Below, piece after piece: positions 30,767-41,142 of a stretch of DNA of 55,711 nt. Source of the DNA: a virus (taxonomy: Duplodnaviria; Caudoviricetes); the IMG/VR virus record IMGVR_UViG_3300032024_000424, positions 1-55,711 of that record. One strand, given 5' to 3'. Position numbers and translations under genes: made by a program. Position 1 is the first letter of the stretch. Every line of letters starts with the position of its first letter. The notes under the pieces are model-generated. The model searched no databases, had not been told where the DNA came from, and saw nothing but the letters and a program-made list of their open reading frames with translations.

Positions 30767-30982
30767 TCAGACTCCTTTGAAGCGGCCGCGTTCGACTCGC
30801 TCGATCCTGCCCTGCTTCGCCAGTTCCGCGAGCCGCACCGACATCTGAAGCTTGGTGACGGCGATGCCCCAGGCATTGAGCTTTTCGGTCAGTTGATTGG
30901 CGTTGATGGCGGTCTCACTCGCGACGACGGTGCCGATGATGATCCGGGTCAATTCGCCGCGTTCCAGGTTGCGTTTTTCCAT
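30767..30982 (-). CDS. Small wHTH hypothetical protein
   Basis: RLAELAKQGRIERVERGRF; AAGGAG RBS. Confidence 0.65.
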   Translation of the reverse strand: MEKRNLERGELTRIIIGTVVASETAINANQLTEKLNAWGIAVTKLQMSVRLAELAKQGRIERVERGRFKGV

Positions 30983-30985
30983 GGT

Positions 30986-31228
30986 TCACGCTCCTTTCTC
31001 GCGCATGGCGATGGCTCGGCGACGCGCGTACTGGACGGCGTTGCGCCAGTCGGAGAACGTTGCCAGCACGTTCGTGCCGTCCATCGTGCCCGGCGCGTGG
31101 ATGTAGAACCGGTTGTCGTCGGGATTGAACGTGGCGGGGGAGCCATGCACGAGTCCCTGCTCAACCATCGGCTCACCGTTCGGGTGAGTCTTAAGTCGGT
31201 AAGGCGGGCCCATATCCTGTTGCTGCAT
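30986..31228 (-). CDS. Hypothetical protein
   Basis: AAGGAG RBS; tight operon spacing. Confidence 0.6.
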   Translation of the reverse strand: MQQQDMGPPYRLKTHPNGEPMVEQGLVHGSPATFNPDDNRFYIHAPGTMDGTNVLATFSDWRNAVQYARRRAIAMREKGA

Positions 31229-31231
31229 CGG

Positions 31232-32275
31232 TCACGCTCCTTTCCGGGTCTGGAACCGGCCGCGCTCGGCTTTCTGGAACCGGGCGTCTTTGCCCTTCTT
31301 CTGCAGCTCGCGGAGGATCGCGCTGTAGAGTGTCGCGTGCGGCGTCTTGCCACCGCTGCGGGGCGACCAGAGGTTCTGCTTGGTGATCTTCTCGATCATC
31401 TCCTTAGTGTTCATGGGTTCCTTGGCATTGCCGAGGACCTGCACGGCCGCGTCGATGAGGCTCATGGGGCGGGGCTTGGCGCTGGTCTTCTTATCGCCGC
31501 TCGTGTGGGTCATCCACTTGCCGAGGCTGATGCCGATGGCGGACGACGTCTTGCCGGTCGCGGCCTTGACCGCCTGGCGGACCGCGTCGGCGCCGGTGTG
31601 CAGCAGCGCGGCACCATCGCTGCGGTAGCCGTCACCGTCGAGTGCCGTGGTCGCCTTGACCTTCCACACGGCGGGCGAGCCGTTGTGCTCGCGGAAGTAG
31701 AGTTCATAGATGACGCCGTTACGGCCGAAGGCGATGTGCCCGTGGCTGACCGGCAGGTCGGCGATGGCCTTGGCCAGAGCGTCGCGGTCGGCCCGCGTCT
31801 CGGCGGACACCCGGCCCTTGGCGCCTGGCGTCTTCGGCTTTGTCGAGGTGGCCATCGCCCGTTCACCCCCGGATGTGCCCCCGGATATGCCCCCGGATGT
31901 GGCGGTCATGCCGTCGCTGCTCTTGGCCCGCTCGCCCCCGGAACCGCGGACCCGTGCGTTATTCCGGGGGTCTTGATCGGCATCCGTCTGGGCCCGCAGC
32001 CCGGCAGAGCGGGCTTTGCGCTCGGCGGCGGTGAGCTTCTTCTTGATCGGCGGCTTCGCGCCGGGCTTCGCGTTGCCGGCGTCCGCGTCCGTGACGGGAG
32101 CGCTCACGCGGCCGCGCAGGCGCTGGGCGCTCTTGATGCGGATTTGCTTGTTTGTCACCAGGTTGGTGGCGTCCCATCCCCCTCGCGGGTTCACCTTGTC
32201 GATCCGCACGGGCACGACCTTGTCGCTGACCTTGGCGGTGTACGTTTCGCCGATCTTGATCTCGTCTTTCTTCAC
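31232..32275 (-). CDS. HARE-HTH (HB1/ASXL-type winged helix) protein
   Basis: SLIDAAVQVL..PM..KEMIE..GKTPHATLYSAILRE..RF.K.ERG.F. Confidence 0.8.
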   Translation of the reverse strand: MKKDEIKIGETYTAKVSDKVVPVRIDKVNPRGGWDATNLVTNKQIRIKSAQRLRGRVSAPVTDADAGNAKPGAKPPIKKKLTAAERKARSAGLRAQTDADQDPRNNARVRGSGGERAKSSDGMTATSGGISGGTSGGERAMATSTKPKTPGAKGRVSAETRADRDALAKAIADLPVSHGHIAFGRNGVIYELYFREHNGSPAVWKVKATTALDGDGYRSDGAALLHTGADAVRQAVKAATGKTSSAIGISLGKWMTHTSGDKKTSAKPRPMSLIDAAVQVLGNAKEPMNTKEMIEKITKQNLWSPRSGGKTPHATLYSAILRELQKKGKDARFQKAERGRFQTRKGA

Positions 32276-32317
32276 GATGGTTCTCCTTTCTGGAGGGTTA
32301 ATGAACGCGAGCCGGGT

Positions 32318-32617
32318 TTACAGTCCCAGCTCGTCACAGAGTCGTTCGTATTCGCTGGTCCCCAGCTCATCGATCAGCATCTCGGCGAACCAGCCGCACT
32401 CGCGCTCGGCCCGTTGGCCGGCTTCGCCTTTGACGTAGCAGGGCTGGAGCTTGGCGGCGATCAGGCAGACGGCCTCGGGCGAGAGGTTTTCGCGGATGGC
32501 GTCGATCAGCAGTTCATGGGGTTTGGGGTCGTCGGGGACGGTGATCCGGACGGTGGAGCCGTCGGATCGCGTGTGCTTGTAGGTCTTGGGGCCGTTTTCG
32601 TCGTGGGTCTTGGACAT
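32318..32617 (-). CDS. Hypothetical protein
   Basis: GAGGAG RBS; member of the minus-strand operon. Confidence 0.6.
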   Translation of the reverse strand: MSKTHDENGPKTYKHTRSDGSTVRITVPDDPKPHELLIDAIRENLSPEAVCLIAAKLQPCYVKGEAGQRAERECGWFAEMLIDELGTSEYERLCDELGL

Positions 32618-32650
32618 GGCGTTCTCCTCTTGTGTGTGGGTAAAGATGGT

Positions 32651-32914
32651 TCAGTCCGCGAAGCGTTGAAGCTCGCGCAGGTAGTCGTGGATCATGCTGT
32701 TGGTGCCGCGCACCCCGTCGAGTTGCAGCTGCAGGCATTCGGCCATCGACCAGAGGTCGTCTTCGCTGTCGGCCTGGACGTGGTGGACCCGGCCGTCGGG
32801 CTGCGCGGGCGTGAGGATCGTGACGATGATGTGCTCGCTATTCCGGGGGCGGGTGATGGTGGCGTAGTGGCCGCTTCCGGCGTCGCCTTCGAGATCGATT
32901 CGGGTGGTACGCAT
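32651..32914 (-). CDS. Hypothetical protein
   Basis: AGGA RBS; member of the minus-strand operon. Confidence 0.6.
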   Translation of the reverse strand: MRTTRIDLEGDAGSGHYATITRPRNSEHIIVTILTPAQPDGRVHHVQADSEDDLWSMAECLQLQLDGVRGTNSMIHDYLRELQRFAD

Positions 32915-32947
32915 GGTGGTTTTCCTGTCGCGCGTGGCGGTGCGTGG

Positions 32948-33142
32948 TTACTTCTTGGTCCGGCTCTTTTTGCCTGCTTCGAACCCGGCGGCGTAGGCGT
33001 CCAGCAGCGCTTGCTTGATGCTCCAGACCGCCTGCTCCTTGAAGTCGAGGCTGTCCATCTTGCGCTCTTCGAGCGTCTCGAGGTCGAGCACCTCCCGGGC
33101 GATCCGGTCGGCGGTGGCGAGGGCGTGCTTGGTGGCGGTCAT
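32948..33142 (-). CDS. DUF6900-like small protein
   Basis: LETLEERKMDSLDF....VWSIKQAL.AAY.AG. Confidence 0.75.
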   Translation of the reverse strand: MTATKHALATADRIAREVLDLETLEERKMDSLDFKEQAVWSIKQALLDAYAAGFEAGKKSRTKK

Positions 33143-33157
33143 GGTTTGTGCTCCGTG

Positions 33158-33379
33158 TCAGGCGTTGTTCTGGAACTCGCTGAAAAGGATGAAGTCGCGG
33201 CGCTGCCAGCGTTCGATGCCGTACTGCGTCGTGACCTCGTACTCGGTCCAGCCGCCGGTGTCGGGATCGAAGGCGAAGCCGATGAGGATGTGGCCGGGTT
33301 CGCCGTCCTGCGTGTTCAGGACGCGCGTGCCGCCGGGCAGCGGTTGGGCGGGATCGGTCGGTTGCGTGGTGGGTCGCAT
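33158..33379 (-). CDS. Hypothetical protein
   Basis: AAGGA RBS before MRPTT; DGEPG...EYEV.T.YGIERW. Confidence 0.6.
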   Translation of the reverse strand: MRPTTQPTDPAQPLPGGTRVLNTQDGEPGHILIGFAFDPDTGGWTEYEVTTQYGIERWQRRDFILFSEFQNNA

Positions 33380-33405
33380 GGCTCGGGTCCTTTCGTAGTT
33401 GGGGT

Positions 33406-33612
33406 TCAGTCCTTGGCGAGGCGGTCGCGCGTCCAGTCCTCCAAGCCGTGCCGCTTGGCGAGCCGGGCGACGCGCTGGCCCAGGGCGTCGAGTCGGCGTT
33501 TCCGCGCCGCGGCCCAGCCGGTTTGGCCCGCGATCAGGGCGTCGGCGTATCGCCCGGCCAGGGCGTCGTGCTGCTTTAGGAGGGTTCGAATCCGTGTCTT
33601 GGCGTTGGTCAT
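33406..33612 (-). CDS. Hypothetical protein
   Basis: AAGGAG RBS; first gene of the minus-strand cluster. Confidence 0.55.
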   Translation of the reverse strand: MTNAKTRIRTLLKQHDALAGRYADALIAGQTGWAAARKRRLDALGQRVARLAKRHGLEDWTRDRLAKD

Positions 33613-33741
33613 GCCTATCTCCTTGTGAATGCTGGTCTTGCACGCACATTAAGCCAGCATTCCGGCCAAACATCAAGGCCATTAACCGCTTGTGGCCAAA
33701 TAACTTACAGATTGCCCTAAGCTGGCACGGGGGCTAGAGAT

Positions 33742-33951
33742 ATGACCGCCGAATCCTTAAAAATCACGGCCCTGACGCCCGCCCAGGCCGCCCAGGTCCT
33801 CGCCACCGCCTACAAGCGGCGGATCGACGAGGCCCAGGTCCGCCGGGTGGCCGAGGAAGGCCAGTTGCTGCGCGCCGACGGCACGTTCAGCCTGATCGAA
33901 TACGTGGCCTTCCTGGCCCAAGAGGTAACGAATGCCCCCGCCCCCGGATAA
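33742..33951 (+). CDS. Small DNA-binding protein (possible terminase small subunit)
   Basis: Precedes the terminase; ADGTFSLIEYVAFL echoes TVDLFRYAAWL in the terminase N-terminus. Confidence 0.55.
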   Translation: MTAESLKITALTPAQAAQVLATAYKRRIDEAQVRRVAEEGQLLRADGTFSLIEYVAFLAQEVTNAPAPG

Positions 33952-36301
33952 CACCCCGCCCCCGGGTAACACCCCGCCCCCGCCCCCGGGTAAAGCTCCC
34001 GCCGCGATCAACCCGCGCCGGCTGCGCCCCGCCGACCTGTTACGCCTGGTCAACGCCACCGACATCGCCCAGGCCGGCGATTCCGGGGCTTCCGGCGGTG
34101 TGCTGACCGAGTTCCAGCTGCGCCGCCACCGCAATCGGGCGGGGTACACCATCGGCGATGCGCGCACGGTGGACCTGTTCCGCTACGCGGCCTGGCTGAC
34201 GCTCGAGTACTTTAAGCCGAAGTCTCGGAATGAACCGCTCACCTACGCCGAGCAGAAAGCCCGCCAGGCGGAGCGCAACGCCGAGGCGGTCCGCGCCGCC
34301 CAGGACATCGGCGAGATCCCCGCCGTCACCGACCCCGAACGCAAGGCGCGGTGCGGCAACGTGCCCGGGGGCTTCCGCGCGTTTTGCGAGACCTACTTCG
34401 CCGAGGTGTTCTACTTCGACTGGTCGCCGGACCATCTGCGTGTGATCGACAAGATCGAGAAGGCGGTGCGCACTGGCGGCCTCTTCGCCATGGCCATGCC
34501 TCGAGGATCGGGCAAGACCGTGATGTGTCAGACGGCGGTGCTGTGGTCGGCGCTGATCGGCGCGACGCCTTTTGTGTGCCTGATCGCCGCCAGCGCGGAG
34601 CGGGCCCGGGACCTACTCGAGAACATCAAGGTCTGGCTCGAGACCAACCCGCTCTTGGCGGAAGACTTCCCCGAGGTGACGTACCCGATCAAGTGCCTGG
34701 AGCGCATTACTAACCGGCAGAAGGGCCAGAAGTACCGGGGCGAGCCCACGCGGATCGACTGGTCCTCGGACCGCATCGTCCTACCGACGATTGCCGGGTC
34801 GAAGGCTTCCGGGGTGGTGATCTCCAGTTCGGGCATGAAGGGCAGCGACATCCGCGGGCAGAACTACGCCCGCGCCGACGGGCAGGTGGTGCGCCCGCAG
34901 TTGGTGCTGGTCGACGACCCGCAGACGACCGAGTCGGCGTGGTCGCCCTCGCAATCCCAGCGGCGCGAGGCGATCCTGGCCGGCGACGTATTAGGCATGG
35001 CCGGACCGGGCAGGAAGATCGCGGGGCTGATGGCCTGCACGGTGATCCGCCCCGGCGACATGGCGGACAACATCCTCGACCGCGACAAACACCCCGAGTG
35101 GCAGGGCGAACGGACCAAGATGGTCTACGCCTTCCCGTCTGATGAGAAACGCTGGGCCAGATATGCCGAACTGCGCGCCGACTCGCTGCGCAACGACGGC
35201 GACGGGTCGGAGGCGACCGCGTTCTACCGCGCCAACCGTGAGGCGATGGACGCCGGCGCTATCGTGGCCTGGCCGCAGCGCTTCAACGAGGACGAGCTGT
35301 CCGCCGTCCAGCACGCGATGAACCTCAAGCTGCGCGACGAGGCCGCGTTCTTCGCCGAGTACCAGAACGAGCCCATCGTCGAGGCCGTCGGCGAGGAGAT
35401 GCTCACCCCGGAACAGATCGCGGCCAAAACCAACGGCTACCCCCGGAACGGGGTTCCGTTGGGCTGTAACTACCTGACCATGTTCATCGACGTGCAGCAG
35501 CGGGTGCTGTTCTGGATGCTCTGCGCTTGGGAGGAGAACTTCACGGGCTACATCGTCGACTACGGCGCCTGGCCCGAGCAGCGCCGGTCGTACTACACCC
35601 TCAACGACCTCACCGCCACGCTCGGCCGGGCTATTCCGGGGGCGGGGGTGGAAGGGCAGATCTACGGCGGGCTTGAAAAACTCACCGCCGAACGCCTGGG
35701 CCGGGTCTACCGCCGCGAGGACGGCGCGGAGCTGCGGGTCGACCGCTGCCTGATCGACGCCAACTGGGGCCAGAGCACGGACGTGGTCTACCAGTTCTGC
35801 CGGCAGAGCACGCACGCAGGTCTATTGCTGCCCAGCCACGGCAAGTACGTCGGCGCTTCGAGCGTACCGTTTAGCGAGTACCGGCGCAAGCGCGGCGACC
35901 GCGTCGGCCTGCACTGGCGCATTCCGAGCACCATCGGCAAACGACAAGTGCGGCACGTGCTGGTCGACACCAACTACTGGAAGACCTTCGCGCACGCGCG
36001 CCTGGCGGTGGCGATGGGCGACCCGGGGTGCCTGTCGCTGTTCGGACACGACGATAAAACGCACCGGATGCTGGCCGACCACCTGACCGCCGAGTACCGG
36101 GTCAAGGCGACAGCGCAGGGCCGCACCGTCGACGAGTGGAAGCTCCGCCCCACCCGGCCGGACAACCACTGGCTGGACTGCCTGGTGGGCTGCGCCGTGG
36201 CGGCGTCGATCCAGGGCGCATCGCTGCCGGGCGTCGAACTGCGTGCGACGGTGGCCCGGCCGCGTGTGCGACTATCTGAGCTACAAGGGAGCAGGCGGTA
36301 G
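33932..36301 (+). CDS. Terminase large subunit (GpA-like)
   Basis: MPRGSGKT Walker A, LVLVDDPQ Walker B, FIDVQ, DNHWLDC nuclease. Confidence 0.9.
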   Translation: MPPPPDNTPPPGNTPPPPPGKAPAAINPRRLRPADLLRLVNATDIAQAGDSGASGGVLTEFQLRRHRNRAGYTIGDARTVDLFRYAAWLTLEYFKPKSRNEPLTYAEQKARQAERNAEAVRAAQDIGEIPAVTDPERKARCGNVPGGFRAFCETYFAEVFYFDWSPDHLRVIDKIEKAVRTGGLFAMAMPRGSGKTVMCQTAVLWSALIGATPFVCLIAASAERARDLLENIKVWLETNPLLAEDFPEVTYPIKCLERITNRQKGQKYRGEPTRIDWSSDRIVLPTIAGSKASGVVISSSGMKGSDIRGQNYARADGQVVRPQLVLVDDPQTTESAWSPSQSQRREAILAGDVLGMAGPGRKIAGLMACTVIRPGDMADNILDRDKHPEWQGERTKMVYAFPSDEKRWARYAELRADSLRNDGDGSEATAFYRANREAMDAGAIVAWPQRFNEDELSAVQHAMNLKLRDEAAFFAEYQNEPIVEAVGEEMLTPEQIAAKTNGYPRNGVPLGCNYLTMFIDVQQRVLFWMLCAWEENFTGYIVDYGAWPEQRRSYYTLNDLTATLGRAIPGAGVEGQIYGGLEKLTAERLGRVYRREDGAELRVDRCLIDANWGQSTDVVYQFCRQSTHAGLLLPSHGKYVGASSVPFSEYRRKRGDRVGLHWRIPSTIGKRQVRHVLVDTNYWKTFAHARLAVAMGDPGCLSLFGHDDKTHRMLADHLTAEYRVKATAQGRTVDEWKLRPTRPDNHWLDCLVGCAVAASIQGASLPGVELRATVARPRVRLSELQGSRR

Positions 36302-36541
36302 ATGGATTCAACCACGCGCAACCCATCACCCGGCCCTAAGCGGGGTCCGGGGGCTGGTTCGGGGGCTGGGGTCCGGGGGGCTGGGGTCCGGGGGCTGGCG
36401 TGCCCCCGTTGCGGCTGCGCCCACTTCCGCGTGCTCTATACCCGCGGCGCGTTGGGCGGGCGCCTGCTGCGCCGCCGCGAATGCCGCCACTGCGGGCGGC
36501 GCATCACGACGTATGAACAGGCCGCCGTGATCGCACGGTAG
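36302..36541 (+). CDS. Zn-ribbon protein (NrdR-N/Ogr-like)
   Basis: CPRCG...RRRECRHCG.RITTYE. Confidence 0.75.
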   Translation: MDSTTRNPSPGPKRGPGAGSGAGVRGAGVRGLACPRCGCAHFRVLYTRGALGGRLLRRRECRHCGRRITTYEQAAVIAR

Positions 36542-36676
36542 CCCGCGTCCGCGCTGTCGGGTTCTATATGCGGAACATTCATCGTAATCCTGATCGGTTT
36601 TTCGGGGTCAGGCGGCGCACCGCGTCCGGCACGGCATAGGTAACCAATGGCGGGACACCCTTGCCGGGACGCGTAC

Positions 36677-36874
36677 ATGGGCGATGAACTCGACAACACC
36701 ATCAAGACCAACGCCGAGGGCCCGGCCAAGGCCAGCGGCGACTCGGTTTCGGTCGAGCAGCACAAGCTCACCGAGCAGATCGCCGTCGATAAGTACCTGG
36801 AGTCCAAGAAAGCCAGCCGGTCGAAGGGACTCGGCATCAAGCTGGCGAAGATTTCGCCGGGAGGGACCGTTTGA
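36677..36874 (+). CDS. Head completion protein (gpW position)
   Basis: Small gene between terminase and portal. Confidence 0.65.
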   Translation: MGDELDNTIKTNAEGPAKASGDSVSVEQHKLTEQIAVDKYLESKKASRSKGLGIKLAKISPGGTV

Positions 36875-38382
36875 TGTGGCCGTTCCGCAGGAGGTCAGGG
36901 AAGACCACCCCCGGCAAGCGGTCCCTTCCGGTGACGTTGCGGGCCCGTTACGACGCGGCGCAGACCACCGCCGACAACGCCCGGCACTGGGCAATGGCCG
37001 ATGCCCTGTCGGCCGACGCCGCGGCCGCGCCGGGTGTCCGCAAGAAGCTGCGCGAACGTGCCCGCTATGAGGTGGCCAACAACAGCTACGCCAAGGGCAT
37101 CGTGCTGACACTCGCCAACGACTGCATCGGCACCGGCCCGCGCCTGCAACTGCTCAGCGACGACGCCGAGACGAACAACCGTGTCGAGAAGGCGTTTGCC
37201 CAGTGGGCCAGGGCGGTCAACCTGGCCGGGAAGCTGCGGGCCATGCGGATGGCCAAGGCGACCGACGGCGAGGTGTTCGCTGTGCTCACCGATAACCCGC
37301 ATCTTGACTCGCCCGTCCAGCTCGACGTGCAGTTAGTCGAGGCCGACCGCGTGGCGTTCCCCTGGTTCGCGGGCGCGCCGCTACATCCAGATGTCAGCGT
37401 ACTTCCCGGGGTCGACGGCGTGATCCTTGATCGCTTCGGCAACCCGCTAACCTACACCGTCCTGCGTCAGCACCCGGGCGACCCCCCCGGAAGTTCCCCC
37501 GGAAGTTCCCCCGGAAGGTGGACAGGCGGAGACTACGACGAGGTGCCCGCTGACGCCGTGATCCACTGGTTCCGCGCGGACCGGCCGGGCCAGCACCGGG
37601 GTGTCCCCGAGATCACGCCGGCGCTGCCGCTCTTCGCCCAGTTGCGCCGCTACACGCTGGCGGTGATCGCCGCCGCCGAAACCGCCGCGGACTTCGCGGC
37701 CGTGCTCTTCACCGACGCCCCGGCCAACGGTGAAGCGCAAGCGCTTGAGCCCATGGACGTGGTGGAACTCGAGAAACGCATGGCCACGGTGCTGCCCGAC
37801 GGTTGGCGGCTCGGGCAGATCGAGGCGCAGCAGCCGGCGACCGGGTACGCGGAGTTCAAGCACGAGATCCTCAACGAGATCGCACGGTGCCTGAACCTGC
37901 CGTTCAACGTCGCCGCCGGCAACAGCGCCGGCTACAACTACGCCTCCGGCCGGCTGGACCACCAGACCTACTTTAAGTCCATCCGCGTCGAGCAGGCGCA
38001 CCTCGCCGAGACGGTGCTCGACCCCATACTGACCGCCTGGCTCGATGAGGCGGTGCTGATCAACGAGTTCGCGTCGCTGCGCAACGCGGGCAGACCGGCA
38101 CATCAGTGGTTCTTCGATGGCACGGAGCACGTCGACCCGGCCAAGGAGGCCAACGCCCAGGCGACGCGGTTAGCCAGCAACACCACCACGCTCGCCGCCG
38201 AGTTCGCCCGGCAGGGCAAGGACTGGGAAGTTGAATTGCGCCAGCGTGCCAAGGAGCAGACGCTGATGAAAGAGTTGGGCTTGTCAATGGCGCCCGCGCA
38301 GGACCCAACCGCACCCACCGAAGATGAAGTCGAAGAGGAGACCGACACGGATGCCCTCCCAAGCGCACCAAACAACCAATGA
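36874..38382 (+). CDS. Lambda-family portal protein
   Basis: RYDAA, LRERAR, DGEVF, RPGQHRGVP, NYASGRLD, VDPAKE. Confidence 0.92.
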   Translation: MWPFRRRSGKTTPGKRSLPVTLRARYDAAQTTADNARHWAMADALSADAAAAPGVRKKLRERARYEVANNSYAKGIVLTLANDCIGTGPRLQLLSDDAETNNRVEKAFAQWARAVNLAGKLRAMRMAKATDGEVFAVLTDNPHLDSPVQLDVQLVEADRVAFPWFAGAPLHPDVSVLPGVDGVILDRFGNPLTYTVLRQHPGDPPGSSPGSSPGRWTGGDYDEVPADAVIHWFRADRPGQHRGVPEITPALPLFAQLRRYTLAVIAAAETAADFAAVLFTDAPANGEAQALEPMDVVELEKRMATVLPDGWRLGQIEAQQPATGYAEFKHEILNEIARCLNLPFNVAAGNSAGYNYASGRLDHQTYFKSIRVEQAHLAETVLDPILTAWLDEAVLINEFASLRNAGRPAHQWFFDGTEHVDPAKEANAQATRLASNTTTLAAEFARQGKDWEVELRQRAKEQTLMKELGLSMAPAQDPTAPTEDEVEEETDTDALPSAPNNQ

Positions 38383-40636
38383 CGCACCGCTCGAGTACCT
38401 GACCTTCGTCTGCCCGCTGACCTTCGAGGCGGCCCGTGACGAGCAGAAGCAGGCGCCGACCTTCCGCATGGTCGCGTACACCGGCGGGGTCATGCGGGTC
38501 AGCGGCTTCCCGCACCCGGTGGTGGTCGACCTCGAAGGCCTGGCCATCGATCGGCAGGACATCCCGGTGCGTCTGGACCACAACCCCCGCCAAGGCGTCG
38601 GGCACACGCAGCGCGTGGCCGTTGAGAACGGGTCCGTGATCGCCGAGGGCGTAATCAGCCGCGACACGGCCTGGGCCCGCGACGTAGCCAAGAGCGCCGC
38701 CAACGGCTTCCCCTGGCAGGCGAGCATCGGCGCCGCGGTCGTGGACGCCGAGTTCGTGCCCAACGGCCACCGCGTCACCGTCAACGGCCGGACGTTCGAC
38801 GGCCCGCTGCATGTGGTCCGCAAGGCCGTGCTCAAAGAGATCTCGTTCGTCGATAGCGGCGCCGACGCCCACACGAGCGCCCGCGTCGCCGCCCAACGCA
38901 ACCCCGACAATCACACCCCCTCGCAGGAGCAGCTTTCCATGCCTACCGACCAAGTCCCCAGCAGCGATACCAGCAGCAACGCAACCGCCACCACGGATCC
39001 GGCGGGTTCCACCGATCAGCCCGGTACCACGGGCAACGCCGCGCAGGATGCGCCCGCCCAGTCGCCCGCAGGCGACAACGGCCAGGCGACGGGCAACAAG
39101 GGGTCGGTCACACCCGGCGCACCCGCAATGGGCAAGCCCGACGGTTCGCCGGCGCCGGGCGCCACGCAGCGGAACCAAGCGCCGGCGTCGTTACACGCCG
39201 CCGATACGACAAACACATCCAGGGGCGCGTCCACGCGCGAGGTCGACGTCGACCCTATGTTGCAGATGCGCCAGCGTGTGGCGGCTGAATCGCGGCGCAT
39301 CGAGGCCGTCCGCAAGATCTGCAACGGCAAGTACCCATCGATCGAAGCCCAGGCCATCGAATCGGGCTGGGACGCCACCCGCACCGAGCTGGAGGTGCTG
39401 CGCGCCTCGCGGCCCAAGGCCCCGATGGTCCAGACGCACAGTTCGAATGATGGACCCGCCCCCGGAGGCAATGGGCACGTACTCGAAGCCGCGTGCATGC
39501 TCACCGCCAAGCTCGGCGATGTCGAGAAGCTCTATGATGAGCGCACGCTCGACGCCGCCAGCAAGCGCTACCGTGGCGGCATCGGGCTGCAGGAGCTGCT
39601 GCTGGAGGCGGCGTGGGCCAACGGCTACACCGGCCGGAACTTCCGCGACCCCCGGAACGTGCTGCGCCACGCCTTCGGCACGCCGGGCGCCGGGTATCCG
39701 GGGGCGGGACTTCCGGGGGCGGGGGCGGGAGTAGAAGCCGCGTTCTCGACGGTCGATGTCGGTGGCATCCTGTCCAACGTCGCCAACAAGTTCCTGCTCG
39801 AGGGCTTCTTCAGCGTCGAGCGGACCTGGCGGAACATCACCGCCATCCGCAACGTCAGCGACTTCAAGACCGTTACCAGCTACCGCCTGATCGGTAAGGA
39901 CCAGTACGAGCAGGTCGCCCCGGGCGGCGAACTCAAGCACGGCACGCTGGGCGAGGAGCAGTACTCGAACAAGGCCGACACGTACGGGCTGCTCTTGTCG
40001 ATCGACCGGCGCGACATCATCAACGACGACCTGGGCGCGATCACGACCGTGCCCCGCAAGCTCGGGCGTGGCAGCGGCCTGAAGATCAACGACGTGTTCT
40101 GGACCACGTTCCTCAACAATGCCGCGTTCTTCAATTCCGGGGACAAGAACTTCATCAGCGGCGCGGGCACGGCCCTGTCGATCGACGGGCTGACCTCGGG
40201 CGAGACGGCCTTCATGGACCAGGTCGATTCCGACGGCAAGCCGATCGGGATCATGCCTGCGGTGTTGCTGGTGCCCACGGCGCTCAGTGCCATCGCCACC
40301 ACGCTCTGGAAGTCGCTGGAGATCCGCGACGCCAGCACTTCCGGGGGGAAGTACCCGGTCGCCAACCCGCACCAGGGCAAGTTCCGCGTCGAGGTCAGCC
40401 GCTACCTCTCTAACAGCACCTATGCCGGGGGCAGTGCCAAGGCGTGGTACCTGCTGGCCGACCCCAACGACCTGCCGGTGATCGAAACCGCGTTCTTGAA
40501 CGGTCAGGAGTCACCCACCATCGAGACCACCGAGGCGGACTTCAACGTGCTGGGCGTGCAGATGCGCGGCTACCACGACTTCGGCGTCGCCCTGCAGGAC
40601 CCGCGCAGCGGCGTCAAGGCCAAGGGCGAGGCGTGA
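38351..40636 (+). CDS. Prohead protease-scaffold-major capsid fusion
   Basis: AYTGG, LDH, WQASIG, EISFV..GAD protease; low-complexity linker; capsid domain (VSDFK, FLNGQESP, DFGV). Confidence 0.88.
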   Translation: MPSQAHQTTNDAPLEYLTFVCPLTFEAARDEQKQAPTFRMVAYTGGVMRVSGFPHPVVVDLEGLAIDRQDIPVRLDHNPRQGVGHTQRVAVENGSVIAEGVISRDTAWARDVAKSAANGFPWQASIGAAVVDAEFVPNGHRVTVNGRTFDGPLHVVRKAVLKEISFVDSGADAHTSARVAAQRNPDNHTPSQEQLSMPTDQVPSSDTSSNATATTDPAGSTDQPGTTGNAAQDAPAQSPAGDNGQATGNKGSVTPGAPAMGKPDGSPAPGATQRNQAPASLHAADTTNTSRGASTREVDVDPMLQMRQRVAAESRRIEAVRKICNGKYPSIEAQAIESGWDATRTELEVLRASRPKAPMVQTHSSNDGPAPGGNGHVLEAACMLTAKLGDVEKLYDERTLDAASKRYRGGIGLQELLLEAAWANGYTGRNFRDPRNVLRHAFGTPGAGYPGAGLPGAGAGVEAAFSTVDVGGILSNVANKFLLEGFFSVERTWRNITAIRNVSDFKTVTSYRLIGKDQYEQVAPGGELKHGTLGEEQYSNKADTYGLLLSIDRRDIINDDLGAITTVPRKLGRGSGLKINDVFWTTFLNNAAFFNSGDKNFISGAGTALSIDGLTSGETAFMDQVDSDGKPIGIMPAVLLVPTALSAIATTLWKSLEIRDASTSGGKYPVANPHQGKFRVEVSRYLSNSTYAGGSAKAWYLLADPNDLPVIETAFLNGQESPTIETTEADFNVLGVQMRGYHDFGVALQDPRSGVKAKGEA

Positions 40637-40689
40637 TCCACCGGTCAAGCAGTCAACCATTGAACTACACCCATGAGGAGCGATGATCG

Positions 40690-41037
40690 ATGCCCAAAGC
40701 AATCTTTATCCATGACGGCAACACGATCGACCACACCCCCGCCCCCGGAAGCGACCTGGCGGCCGGCGACGTGGTGGTCCAAGGCGACCTGATCGGCGTC
40801 GCCCGCACCCCGATCGCCGCCAACGCGCTCGGTTCGCTGGCCGTCGCCGGCGTGTTCGACCTGCCCAAGACGGTCGGCGTCGGCGCGGCGATCGGCGCGG
40901 GCCTGAAGGTCTACTGGGACGAGGCCGAGCAAGTGGCCAAGACCGACGCCGAGGCCGGGGCCAACAAGCTCCTGGGCAAGACGGTCCGTCAAGCCGACGA
41001 TGAAGACGCGACCGTCCACGTGCGGTTGGAACAGTGA
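40690..41037 (+). CDS. DUF2190 capsid cement/decoration protein
   Basis: G..IDHTP, AGDVVV, GVFDLPK, VYWD. Confidence 0.85.
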   Translation: MPKAIFIHDGNTIDHTPAPGSDLAAGDVVVQGDLIGVARTPIAANALGSLAVAGVFDLPKTVGVGAAIGAGLKVYWDEAEQVAKTDAEAGANKLLGKTVRQADDEDATVHVRLEQ

Positions 41038-41133
41038 AGGAGCAATGCTGAAGTATGAAGGAGGAATGCTGAAGTAAAGAAGCGCTTAGCGTTCAAACTT
41101 CAGCGCTCATACCTCATACCTCATACCTCAGCT
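41036..41133. repeat. Palindromic heptamer-repeat element
   Basis: TGAAGGAGSAATGCTGAAGTA x2, facing ACTTCAGC and three CTCATAC units. Confidence 0.65.
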
Positions 41134-41142
41134 CTCACCCAC

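Noticed and set aside
30605-33628. 1007-aa plus-strand ORF
   Set aside because: Antisense shadow of RBS-bearing minus-strand genes; no recognisable motifs.
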